A DNA stretch of 64,000 nt, taken from NCBI GenBank assembly GCA_964016885.1, contig OZ024743.1, positions 96,348,001 to 96,412,000 of the forward strand. The letters run 5' to 3'. The stretch is from Eledone cirrhosa. Taxonomy: Eukaryota. The translations under genes were made by a program, and so were the position numbers. The notes beneath the pieces were generated by a model that searched no databases, was not told where the DNA came from, and saw nothing but the letters and a program-made list of their open reading frames with translations. Positions 1 through 12,700 of the stretch are shown here, piece after piece; the stretch's first letter is position 1; each line of letters begins with the position of its first letter.

Positions 1-46
1 GGCCTTGTGCCTAAAGTAGAAACAGTTATATTATAAAGGAAAAGAT

Positions 47-2475
47 AACTCCAATGTTTCTTAGTTAAAATAATTATGTTACTTTGTCATTTAATTCTAG
101 AATTTACTTTTAAAGAAATATACAATTAAGATATATGCGGAATTTAAGTAGAAAAATTTAAAATATTATTTTGTATATAATTATAAGGTATTTTATATTA
201 TATGTTTTCAAAGATGAGAATTCTTTTTATATATGTATTTAGATAGTATTATCTACATCAATGCATGTGTTAAATTCTATATAGTGAAAAAACATTATTA
301 CAGACATCATAAGTATATTTAGAAACATTATCAAAATTATCACAAAAAAGATATATTTCAAAATATCATTGAAAACCATTAAAAAGAATATCATTTGAAA
401 AATATTAGATAAAAAGAAAATATCATTTAAAAATCACCGCAAAATCTCGACAAAAACATAGTGAAGAGATATAAAATGTAAACAATATATTCAATAGATT
501 AAAGATACTTCTGAAAGTCATTTTTTGACGATGTCTACAAGAACTGAATAATTCTTTCTTTTTGTTAATAGAGTTTTGGCAGGTAAATATATAAAATATT
601 TCTTCAATACATAAATGACAAATTCTTGAAAGAGCTATATTTCGGTATGCGGGCGCTTTCGAAATCGTTCCCCAAGAGATTGAATAGTCAATATTATTGT
701 CTTTTAAGTACCAAATTAGATGTGAAAGTGATGTAGAAAATTTTTTATCGGATCTATTAAAAGTATGTTTGTGATTATACCAGCGTTCTTTAAATTTTGT
801 AGAAGTGGCTCCTATATAGTTATATATTTTATCTCTAGTTTGTACTGTGCATTTGTATACTAAGTTTTTATCTAGGCAATTATTTTGTAAAGGGAAATTT
901 GATTCGTCTCTACAGTTACATTTTCCAGAGTTATTGTACTATGAAAGGTACTATTATTATTAGTATTAATACTGTTATTAGTAATATTAATAGTTATCTT
1001 GTTTATTTGGTTTGGGTTTAAATTTAAGTTTCTATTATTAATTCTATTTATATTTTGTGCTATGTTCATCGTAGTAGAGTAAGATAGTTTAATAGTATGT
1101 CTGTTAAAAATAGAATGGTATCTATTGGATTTAGGAAAACATTTATCTAATGCTTTGAAAAATAGGTTTGCTACAGGTGTTTCAACGCCTATCGAGAATG
1201 GGGGAGAGTACCAAATAATATTTTTAGTTCTAGTTCTTTTGTTTGATTTACTATTTATGTTAAATTGTTTATTATTATTATTATAGTGAAATTTAGGATG
1301 ATCTTTGCATGTTATTGTTATCTAAGTATTTAATTTTATTCGTGTAGGCAGCTCTATATAAAGCATCATTGTAATATTCTTCCTTGTTATCAAAAATATT
1401 TTTATTAGCTGAAATACGTGAAATTCGTTGCTGGACGCTATTGACAATAGTATTTTTGCATTTCTAGGATGGTTAGAATGGAAGCTTACGTAATTTAGGT
1501 TTTCATTAATCTTATGGAAAGGGTGATATAGACCTGAGATAGGGTTTAAAGTTACATCTAAGAAGTTAACAGTTTTATGATTATTCTCAATTTCTAATTT
1601 AAAGTTGTAATTATTGAAAAATTCTATTATAGATTTCTTTTTCCTATTAAGTTCCTATTAACATATTGCTATGGGTTTTGACTATAAGTAACATATCGTC
1701 GCGATATAAACCTCCGGCTATCTCTGGCATTTTTCTATGTTACATAGAAAAAAAAAGATAAAATTGTATGGATCATATCAGTGATGGGCAAAGAGAGTGA
1801 TATAATTATATTTAATTATTTAATTATATAATCATATATTTTGGTAGTATCTATAAAATAATATGAGAGTTAAGAATGTGTTGAACTGGTAGAATCCCAA
1901 TTTAAAATAAAATAAAAATTGAGATATTCAACAAATTATTGGATCTATTCAAATCATGAGTTATAATATTATATAGATAATATTTATAAGTATATTTTAA
2001 GGTTGTAAGTATATTTTAGTTTATTATATTACAACGGGTTATTTATATAAATATTTATATAAATATGTTTGGTGAGTTGTTATTTTCACTAGATAGATAA
2101 ATTAAATTAAATATTGTTATATATGTTAAGGGTTACGAAAAATTTTGTGTTTACATTTCCAATATATAATTAAGAAAAGGACGTGTTATAAATTTTATTT
2201 GAGAAGATTATTATTTTTTTTTTTTTTCAGAAGATTATTTTGATCCTTCAGATAGTTCAATCAAGATAGGAAACATTCACAAAAATTTATTAAGTCAACG
2301 AAAATAAATATTTATGTAAAGATTTTACGTAGAAGGAGTGTTTAAGCGTGTTATATTATATAGGAAAAAATAACTCCAATGTTTCTTAGTTAAAATAATT
2401 ATGTTACATTTGTCATTTAATTCTAGAATTTAGATTTAAAGAAATATACAATTATGATATATGCGGAATATAAGC
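47..2475. repeat. ~100-bp direct repeat (47-150 and 2371-2475) bracketing the PLE fragment
   Basis: taactccaatgtttcttagttaaaataattatgttac...gatatatgcggaat occurs twice. Confidence 0.7.
510..1740 (-). mobile_element. Penelope-like retroelement (Naiad-like), degenerate RT C-terminal half plus GIY-YIG endonuclease
   Basis: Reverse-strand translation gives GLYRDD (1695-1706), NIIWYSPPFS, HSIFNRHTIKLSYS, CNCRDESNFPLQNNCL..LVYKC..YIGATSTKFKERWYNHK, CHLC and NKKKELFSSCRH, with frameshifts. Confidence 0.85.
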
Positions 2476-3043
2476 ATTTTTAACTATATTTTTTTCTTAT
2501 AAGCATTCCTTAAATTTTCTTACACACTAATATTAATATTAGCGTCTCTTTTTTCTTTTTTTCTTTCTTCTTCCATTTATAAATTATCCTAATAATTATT
2601 TAAATTTACCTAGCGCCTACATATAACGATCTTTTTTCAGCCTTACGTTTCAACCTCATTTACATATTCATCCTGAAGATTTGAAATTTTTCTTTTTTTT
2701 TTCTTTCACTATCCAAACCAAACCGGAACCGATAAGGTCTGGTTTCTTGGGTATGTCACCATTTATAAAACAAATTTTGTATTTATCTGATGAGTGCGTA
2801 CCAAAATTTTGGTACCCTTGAAATATATATAATAAAATAAATATGGTTTTATAAATATAGTTTTCATTTATTAATTTCATTGATATTATACTCCAGAAAA
2901 CCTATAGAGTGCATCGAATCTGTTATAAATAAATTTGCTGAATAACCAACAAATTAAATATCTCTTTGCTTATATATATATATATATATATTTATTCTTA
3001 TCGAGCCCTCTTTGGATTTTAGTCTTCACATTTATTATTATTA

Positions 3044-3947
<904 letters not shown>

Positions 3948-4004
3948 TAGAAATTGAGGTTTTTTTTACAAAATGAAAAATAACCGAGGTGTCCTACACG
4001 AGTG

Positions 4005-4959
4005 AAAGTATAAGGAAAAAAGATAAAATCGAAAATGCAACTGGAGACTTTTTTTAAAAAATATATATATTTAATGGAATAGCAAGGGCTAAAGCAATAG
4101 GCATTGATGAATTACGAAAACAGAAACAAATTCAAGGTACGTCCAATAATCTATCATATATCTCAACACACAACCCAAGAAATGCAAGAACATCCCACTA
4201 TTGAAACAACACAAGAACATCCCACTATTGAAACAAGCCCCAAGAATGAAAAAAGCCCTTGAAACACACAAAATAATCAAAAGCAACTGAAATCACTAAA
4301 AACATTACTCACCAATGCCAATTTACCTACCACAAACACACAACCAACTGTCAAAAAATGTGGTCTCTCTAATTGTGGAACCTGCACTCACCTCATTGAA
4401 GGCAACACGTATACATTTAAATCAGGACAAAATTTTGCTGTAAAAAATCACTTCACTTGCTCATAAAAAATCTAATTTATGCCATTAAATGTAAAGGATG
4501 CAATGAAGATTATATAGGACAAACTAAACTCACACTCAGAAACAGAATGACAGTTCATCGCCAACAATTACGAGATCCAACCACCAGACAGATACCACTA
4601 AATGCACATCTAGACGTATGCTCAAGTAATAAGACATCCAAATTCCAAGTCTTACCATTTTATCTTTGCGCTGACAATACAACAGAACAAATACGAATAA
4701 ATAAGGAAAATATGTTCATTCAAAAATATAGACCAGCATTAAATATAGTTTAATATACATTATGTCAACACCATAACATGCTAACCATCCAAACAGACAC
4801 ATACATACACACACACATAACACCTATTTTAGAAAATAAAAACCAGAACTAAATAAACCTTAACATATGTTAATACTCTAACACCTTACCATGCTAACCA
4901 CAACCTCCCCACACACACATAACTCCCTCCCCCATTTCTACTAACGGAATCATTTTCCT

Positions 4960-4990
<31 letters not shown>

Positions 4991-5983
4991 ATATATATTC
5001 TCTTCATCTTAACATGCTAACCATACTCCCACACACACACATACACACACACACACACACACATAACACCCATACACACACACACACAACTCCATCCCCC
5101 ATTTCTACTAATAGAATCATTTTCCTACACACACACAAAATATATATATTCTCTCCATCTTAACATGCTAACCATACTCCCACACACACATACACACACA
5201 TAACAGCCATATACACACACACACAACTCCCTCCCCATTTCTACTAATAGAATTATCTTCCTACACACACACACACAAGCACACAAATAAACATACATAT
5301 CTCTACTTTCTTTATTTCAATATAAAGTCTGAATTTTGACACCCCATCGAACCAGCCATATTCCCTGAACCAGAACAATACTCCCCATCCCATTTTTCTT
5401 GACAATTAGCTTTTGTTTGGCACAAAATTCTCTAAATGGCTATAAAAAAATTCCAAAATACGGCGCGAAATTTAATGTACTTGTTCACGTGACGGTCATA
5501 ATTTCATTTGTAACCAATCAAATTACATTTATAAAAAAAAAAAGCCTTCGTGAGCCACCTTTTTTTAGGTAAAAAGGAATTCGAACACAAACTGGCGCGA
5601 AAGCTGATGTGCTTATTCATGTGACTGCATCAACCAACCAAACTTCACTCATATATGAAAAAACAACCTGAGACCCCCCCTCCCCTCTTGTTTGAAGGCA
5701 AATATAATAAAAACTTTGTAACGCAAACTGGCGCGAAATTTATTATACTTATTCACCAACCAAATTACTTCTCTAAAAACCTGGCATTTCGAGCCACTCT
5801 TTTCCATATAAAACAGAAGTAACATTCAAAGACCAACCAGATATGAGAAAAACCACAAACCCTCCATCTCAATTCTACTTTTGAAAAGCAGAAGAACTGC
5901 GAAACCAGTAAAAGAACCAAATAAATATATATTTAAAAAAAAAAGAGTCCAGTGCATTTTCGATTTCATTTCTTTTCCTTATA
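4005..5983 (+). mobile_element. Penelope-like element (Neptune-like) 3' fragment: Cys-rich linker, GIY-YIG, 3' pseudo-LTR, inverted terminal copy
   Basis: KKCGLSNCGTC...NLIYAIKCKGCNEDYIGQTKLTLRNRMTVH (ORF 4457-4753); 4008-4072 is the inverted copy of 5925-5983. Confidence 0.85.
5878..5914 (+). ncRNA. Minimal type I hammerhead-like motif, U3-A8 core variant
   Basis: tt TTGAAAA GCAG aagaa CTGC GAAA cca GTA aa at the PLE 3' end. Confidence 0.6.
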
Positions 5984-6061
5984 TATATATATATATATAT
6001 ATATATGTTTATCCTAATCGAGCCATCTTTGGATTTTAGTCTTCACATTTATTATTATTAC

Positions 6062-6098
<37 letters not shown>

Positions 6099-6417
6099 AT
6101 TATTTGTTTGCTAAAATAATCGAATTAAATTAATTCAACAGTTAAACACACATAGGAATAATAAGGTTGTTACTAAAGGGCCAGAAGATTGATAAGTCGA
6201 TCAACCTGTAATCAATGTTTCATTTCTGATGCACCTCATCCCCCCCCCCACCTCTCTCTCTTTCTCTCAGTGATATTTGAATCTACTTTGGCGCTTACTT
6301 TATTCATATATATATATCATTTTGCATGTCAGATTCAAACTTACAATGATTGGCATTATATATATATATATTTATCCTTATTGAGCCCTCTTTGGGTTTT
6401 ACATTTATTATTATTAC

Positions 6418-6450
<33 letters not shown>

Positions 6451-6635
6451 ATATAATTTCTTAAGACAGCATATATATGTGAAGGTATGTATATTTCCTC
6501 TGATAATTTGTAATATTTTTACATAGATTTATATGATATACATACCAACACACATATGCATCATAGAAACGATCGTAAAATGATGAATATTTTAATATAA
6601 GGAACTTGTTCTTTGTTTTTATTTCATTGTTTTTA

Positions 6636-6675
<40 letters not shown>

Positions 6676-6677
6676 GA

Positions 6678-6730
6678 TAACTCCGCCTTAGCCGGTCCCA
6701 AGCCCGGTTGAGAAAGGAGGAGGGTTGGGG
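6678..6730 (+). ncRNA. Twister ribozyme (type P1, no P3) at the RTE 5' end
   Basis: TAA CTCC GCC tta GCCGG TCCCAAGC CCGG ttgagaaa GGAG GAGGG: P2 CTCC/GGAG, P4 CCGG/CCGG, L4 TCCCAAGC and GAGGG match the twister consensus. Confidence 0.85.
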
Positions 6731-9705
6731 CCAGGGGTTAGCAGCCCTGCCCCCGTAAAAACTTTTCACCGCTACAGAAACGACGAGAAAAAACCATTTT
6801 GATACCCAGCGGCGGAAAAGAGAAGACACGTCATCCCTGGATGCAACTATGATGGGGCCGGGTCAAAGCCGAAAGGAGGCCCGACCGTGGATAAGTCCTA
6901 TCTTCAACGCCAAATCAAACACAAGAGTAGGCACCTGGAATGTCCACACGCTCTTTCGGGACGGGCGGATGGAGCAGGTGCTGAAGGAGATGAGAGAATA
7001 TCGCCTTGACATCATGGGCATCAACGAGACGAGGTGGATAGGACGGGGACGACTCGACAGCGGAGGCATGACTATTCTCTACTCCGGTGATGATGACCAC
7101 CATATCCACGGAGCTGCTATCATCCTCACCGGAGATGTATCACGGGCTCTTGTGGGATGGAGGCCAGTGAGGGAACGAATTATTACTGCCAGATTGAGCA
7201 CAAGGTTAGCCAAGGTGACCGTAGTGCAAGTCTACGTCCCGACTGAAGCTGCCTCAGATGAAGATAAGGATACCTTCTTTATCCAACTACAGGATGTCTT
7301 AGAGGAAACACCCAGGTCAGACATTAGGCTGGTGATTGGTGACTTCAATGCCAAGCTAGATGGAGACAGGAGAGAAATGCATTCAGCCATTGGCCCCCAC
7401 GGTTCAGCTGATTCTAGCAATAACAACGGGGAACGGTTGCTGCCCCTGAGCAGTATCAGCAAGCTCTCCATCGGGAATTCATTTTTCACCCATAGGCGGA
7501 TTCACAAGATCACATGGACTTCCCCTGATGGCAACACCAGGAATGAGATTGATTATATCTGCATTGGCACGAGGTGGCGTTCCTCTCTCTTGGATGTTCG
7601 CACCTACCGAGGAGCAGACGTCGGATCTGACCATCATCTTGTGGTTGGAAAAATCCGCTTGAGGTTGAAGAAGAACAAAGCAAATAAGACCGTGAGGCCA
7701 TATGCTGTCGCAAGCCTGCAAGTCCAAGGCACGTCAGAGGGATTCTACCTGGCGATCAGGAATAAGTTCCAAGAACTACAGCACGCACAGAACCGTGAAG
7801 ACCAGTGGCAGATGTTTGCTCAGGCGGTCAGGGCGAGTGCTGATGTAGTTATTGGTAGAAGAAGGGGGACCAAGAGTACAGACGTCTTGACAAAGAAGTA
7901 AAGAAGAGCTGTCGAAAAAACAAGCGCCAGTGGTTAGAAGATCGGGCTGCAGAGGCACAGGTGGCAGCAGATCGAAATGATTCCAAGACGCTGTACCGGA
8001 TCGTCAGAGAGCTAACTGGAGGACGAAGTGGAAGCAGTTTGCCAATCAAGAGCAAAGTTGGTCGGATGCTTGCAGCCAGTGAAGAGCAGGACACAGAGGT
8101 GGAACGAACACTTTCGTGAGGTCCTCAATCAGCCATCTCTCAACACAGTCTTCGAGCATGACTGGGAGGAAGCGAGCTACCGACTGGATGTACGACTAGA
8201 CGACATCACAAGAGCTGAGGTGGCCAAGGCCATCCGCTGCCAAAAGCGGCAGGGCTGGATGAGATTCCTGCAGAGCTTCTGAAGCACGGCAAGGATGTAA
8301 TAGAGGAGCTGCTCACCCATTTATGCAATGTGATTTGGCAAGAAGAGGAGGTGCCGGAGGACTGGGGAAATGGAGTGATTGTACCACTACCGAAGAAGGG
8401 CTGTCTCAGCGACTGCAACAACTGGAGAGGGATCACGTTGCTATCAGTGCCAGGGAAGGTATTCTGCACAGTCATCCTGAACCGGCTGAGAGCAGAAGTA
8501 GATCGTCATCTTCGAGACGAACAGGCTGGCTTCCACAGTGGAAGGTCTTGTTCAGAGCAGATCTTCACTCTCCGAAATATCATTGAACAATGTCGGGAGT
8601 TCCACAAGACCCTTGTCAACTACATTGACTTCAGGAAAGCTTTCGACGGGGTTCATCAGGAGTCATTGTGGAAGATTGTAAGACTCTACGGTGTCCCAGA
8701 GAAATATATTAACATATTCAGGTCGCTGTACCGACATTCCAGGTGCTGCGTTACGACAAAGGACGGAAACACGGAAATGTTTGACATCTTGACGGGTGTT
8801 CGACAAGGCTGCATCCTTTCGCCTTTCCTTTTCCTCATTGTCATCGATTTCATCATGAAGAAGACAATGAGTGACCCTCGTTTTGGCATCAGTTGGGATG
8901 GAAGGAGATTAAGCGACCTGGACTTTGCCGATGACATCGCAGTGATAGGCCATTCCCGAGAAGACCTGCAAGAGATGACAAACGTTCTAAATGACAATGC
9001 AGAGAAAGTTGGCCTGCGCATCAGTTGTGAAAAAACCAAGACCATGTCGACAGGTGACCCTCCAATCATGGTTGGTCAGCGTAACATTGAATGTGTAAAC
9101 CACTTCCAATACCTTGGCAGCAACATCTCTGACGATGGGGATGCTGAGGTGGATGTGCGCACAAGGCTGGGAAAAGCAGCGGCGGTCTTCCAGCGACTCC
9201 GTCCGGTATGGTCCAGGTGTTCCATCGGCAACGCCGTCAAATTCCGTGTTTACATGTCCATTGTAGTACCAACAGCGATATATGCCTGTGAGACATGGAA
9301 GAGTACGGAAAGTGTATGTAACAAGCTTGATGGATTCCACCGTTGTAGCATTCGGACCATATTGAAAATTTCATGGAGAGAACAAGTTAGCAACGAGGAA
9401 GTGATGAGGAGGTCAGGATCGGAGAGGTTAAGGGACATTGTCCGGAAAAGGAGACGGCGATTCGCGGGCCACATCCTTCGTTTGCCGGCATATCGACCTG
9501 CTCATATTGCCATGGATTGGGTACCAGAAGGTGGCAGGAGAGAACGGGGAAGACCACGAAAAACATGGCGGAGCACATTCAGGAAGGATTTGCGGGAGAT
9601 GGGAATTACCTGGAGAGGTGCTAGAAGGGCCGCCAGTAACAGGATCAGGTGGAGGAAGCTAGTCGCCCAATGTTCCACAAGGGACTGGAGGAACTAAGAC
9701 TAAGA
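6679..9705 (+). mobile_element. Near-full-length RTE-clade LINE (APE endonuclease plus RT), frameshifted
   Basis: APE motifs VGTWNV, GDFNAK, IDYI, SDHHLV (6849-7901); RT motifs NWRGITLL, QAGF, GVRQGCILSP, FADD, RGRPRKTW (8330-9697); short TAAGAC repeat tail; inserted in (TA)n. Confidence 0.95.
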
Positions 9706-9900
9706 TAAATATATATATATATCTTTCTCTCAGTGATATTTGATTCTACTTTGGGGCTTACTTTATTCATATATATATCTTTTTGCATGTCAGATTCAAA
9801 CTTAAGATGTCAACATGAATGGGCCTGTTATTTTTATCTAATTACATTTTTTTCCAATTCCATCCCATCCGTTCCCTCAATCTATCTATTTCTCATTCTT

Positions 9901-9936
9901 TCTTCTGATGAAGGACTAGCGTCAGAAACGTTAAGA
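9901..9936 (+). ncRNA. Minimal PLE-type hammerhead motif
   Basis: tctt CTGATGA aggactagcgtca GAAA cg TT aaga: stem I tctt/aaga and palindromic AACGTT stem III. Confidence 0.6.
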
Positions 9937-10128
9937 CCCTCTTCACGCAACATCAAGCCTCAACCTAATATATCCCTTCCATATACTGTACCGATTGTGT
10001 TGTTATTTCTGTTTACCTTTTACATACATATATATATATATATATATAGCTTTCACCATATCTTTAAAATACGGTGAAAGCTATTCTATTTTCTAATTTC
10101 AAATCTGCTCACTGTTTCAAAACATATT

Positions 10129-10173
<45 letters not shown>

Positions 10174-10947
10174 TATTTGTTTGCTAAAATAATCAAATTA
10201 AATTAAATCAACAGTTAAACACGCATAGGAATAATTAGGTTGTTACCAAAGGGCCAGAAGATTGATAAGTCGACCCTAAATATTACTAATAGCTCTAGGA
10301 AAGCCATGAATGACACCACATATTTTAATTTTGATTTTGAAAGTAGGTTTATAATTATCAATTTTTATTATTCTTTTGTAGCTGTCTCGGTGGCCTAGTT
10401 GCAGGAATCATAGACAGTGGTGATCCTGGTCTGAAGTTCAATCCTAGTCAGGAGTAGGGTTCCCGGTAAACCTTTTCAGTTTATTTTCTATAGGTTGTAA
10501 AATAAAAGCTGAAAAAGGTTACATGTACCCGTTGACCATGATTGAAACCAAGGCTAGGATCTCCACTGTCTCTAGTACATACCGCTAGGCCACAGAGACA
10601 ACTACGAAAATACACTCAAAATTCATACTTATAAACCTATTTTCAAAATTTACAAAACAAAGTGTTGTAGTGTCGTTCATGTATTTCTTAATGTTATTGC
10701 TCCTACTTAAGGTCGACTTCTAAATCATTTGGGTGTTCCATAAACTATAACCTCGTTTCGTTTCACATCTATCTAGACTATATTTTAACCTGTAATCCAT
10801 GTTTCATTTCTGTTGCACCCCATTCATCGCCTCAGTCTTTCTCTCAGTCATATTTGAATCTACTTTGGGGCTTACTTTATTCATGTATATATCTTTTAGC
10901 ATGTTAGATTCAAACTAACAATGATTGTCATTATATATATATATATT

Positions 10948-11094
10948 TATTTATTAAAATAACAGATTAAAGTTTAAGCAAAGAATCGCTGCTTTCACCC
11001 TTAACGGGATCTTCTGAAACATTTTCAGAAGATCCCGTTAAGGGTAAAAGCAGTGATTCTTTACTTAAACTTTAATCTGTTATTTTAATAAATA
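10948..11094. repeat. ~146-bp near-perfect palindrome made of two inverted hammerhead-like PLE ends
   Basis: Arms ...aacagattaaagtttaagcaaagaatcgctgctttcacccttaacgggatcttctgaaa and its reverse complement; centre at ~11021. Confidence 0.9.
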
Positions 11095-11178
11095 TTTGAT
11101 CTCCGGTTCTTATATATTTGATATATATTTATCCTTATCGAGCCCTCTTTGGATTTTAGTCTTCAAATTTATTATTAT

Positions 11179-11215
<37 letters not shown>

Positions 11216-11253
11216 GTTTTTTCACCATCTAGAAACGATCGTAAAGCAGTGAA

Positions 11254-11304
<51 letters not shown>

Positions 11305-11307
<3 letters not shown>

Positions 11308-12082
11308 CTCAGGTTGTCGAGAACAATACATAGGCCAGACCAAAAACACCCTCCGCCAACGCATGACTGTCCATAGATCCCAAATTAAAATACGGGAATA
11401 CAGGAAAATTCCACTGAGTGAACACATTGATACCTGTGCCGCCCAAAATCATCCCAACTTCAGAATCTTTCCCCTCTACAAATTTAAAGATAATGCCACC
11501 CACACCCAGCGCATCAGCAAGGAATCTTACTTCATTAACAAATACGGATCCCGTCTAAACACTTCTCCCTAAGACGAACCCACAACATACACACGTCAAC
11601 ATATATACCTACATCAGCACACATCTCTACCCACATATAAACACAATGACATACGTAAACACACATGCTCTATCGTGCAACACAAAAAAATATATGTGTG
11701 TATATATATATATATATAGTGAATATATGTATATATATATATATATAGTGAATATCATTTCACACCTTTTATTGTTAAGATTTTTGATGTTCTATTAAGA
11801 GAACCGATTTTACTGAAAAAATCGAATAATGTACACCATTTTACCAGGGGGCAAAAAATACTGGTCCACACACACACACACACACACACACATTCTCACA
11901 CACACACACACACATATATACACACTCACATACATTAACATACAAAGATACTTATACACACACACTTCTCCGTATAAGACAAAAGCTGAAAAATATCTTT
12001 TGACCTGCTAAAATACCCCCCACTGCTTACAGACACTTTCCTACTGACCATCCCTGCTACCACGAATTACTCTGCTATATAC

Positions 12083-12114
<32 letters not shown>

Positions 12115-12700
12115 TTATCTTAATAACCATTTGACACACATCCCTGCTAACCATTATCACAACACCGAACACCTTACTACTACTACACACACACACACAC
12201 ACACACATATTTGTTGTGAAAGAGTCATTTCTCAGTCTTGGCGCAAAATCAATTTTTTATTCACATGACCTCTACCGACCAATCAAAATTGTTTTGACCA
12301 CAAGAATTTTTGCAAACAACAAGTAGCGCTGGAGCCACTTTTTTAACATAAAAACAGTCTTGGCGCAAAATCAATTTTTTACATTCACATGACCTCTACC
12401 GACCAATCAAAATTGTTTTGACCACAAGAATTTTTGCAACACCAGAGTAGCGCTGGAGCCACTTTTTTAACATAAAAAGAGGTAGAATTCCCAAAACTAA
12501 TCAGATCAGAGCAAACAACACGGACACTCTATCTCAAAATTATTTTTGAAAAGCATTTAGAAATGCGCAACCGGTAAAAACTTAAAAACTTAAAACCACA
12601 ACTGAATACTAACCCATACAATTACTAATACTCTTTTATTCCTAATTAAACCATTTTTCAACTGTGAACAATTTGTCAGCATTTTCTATTCCGTTTACCA
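11305..12700 (+). mobile_element. Second Neptune-like PLE 3' fragment (GIY-YIG plus pseudo-LTR)
   Basis: CSGCREQYIGQTKNTLRQRMTVHRSQI...PLSEHIDTC; 3' layout parallels 4457-5920. Confidence 0.85.
12543..12580 (+). ncRNA. Minimal hammerhead-like motif, U3-A8 variant (GAAA mutated to GCAA)
   Basis: ttt TTGAAAA GCATT taga AATGC gcaA ccgg TA aaa. Confidence 0.5.

Noticed and set aside
2638-2682. Minus-strand hammerhead (caggatga...gaaacgta)
   Set aside because: Core and stem II are too degenerate to support
4860-5280. Repeated acatgctaacca units as a CRISPR-like array
   Set aside because: Eukaryotic tandem duplications with (CA)n and homologous spacers inside a PLE 3' region
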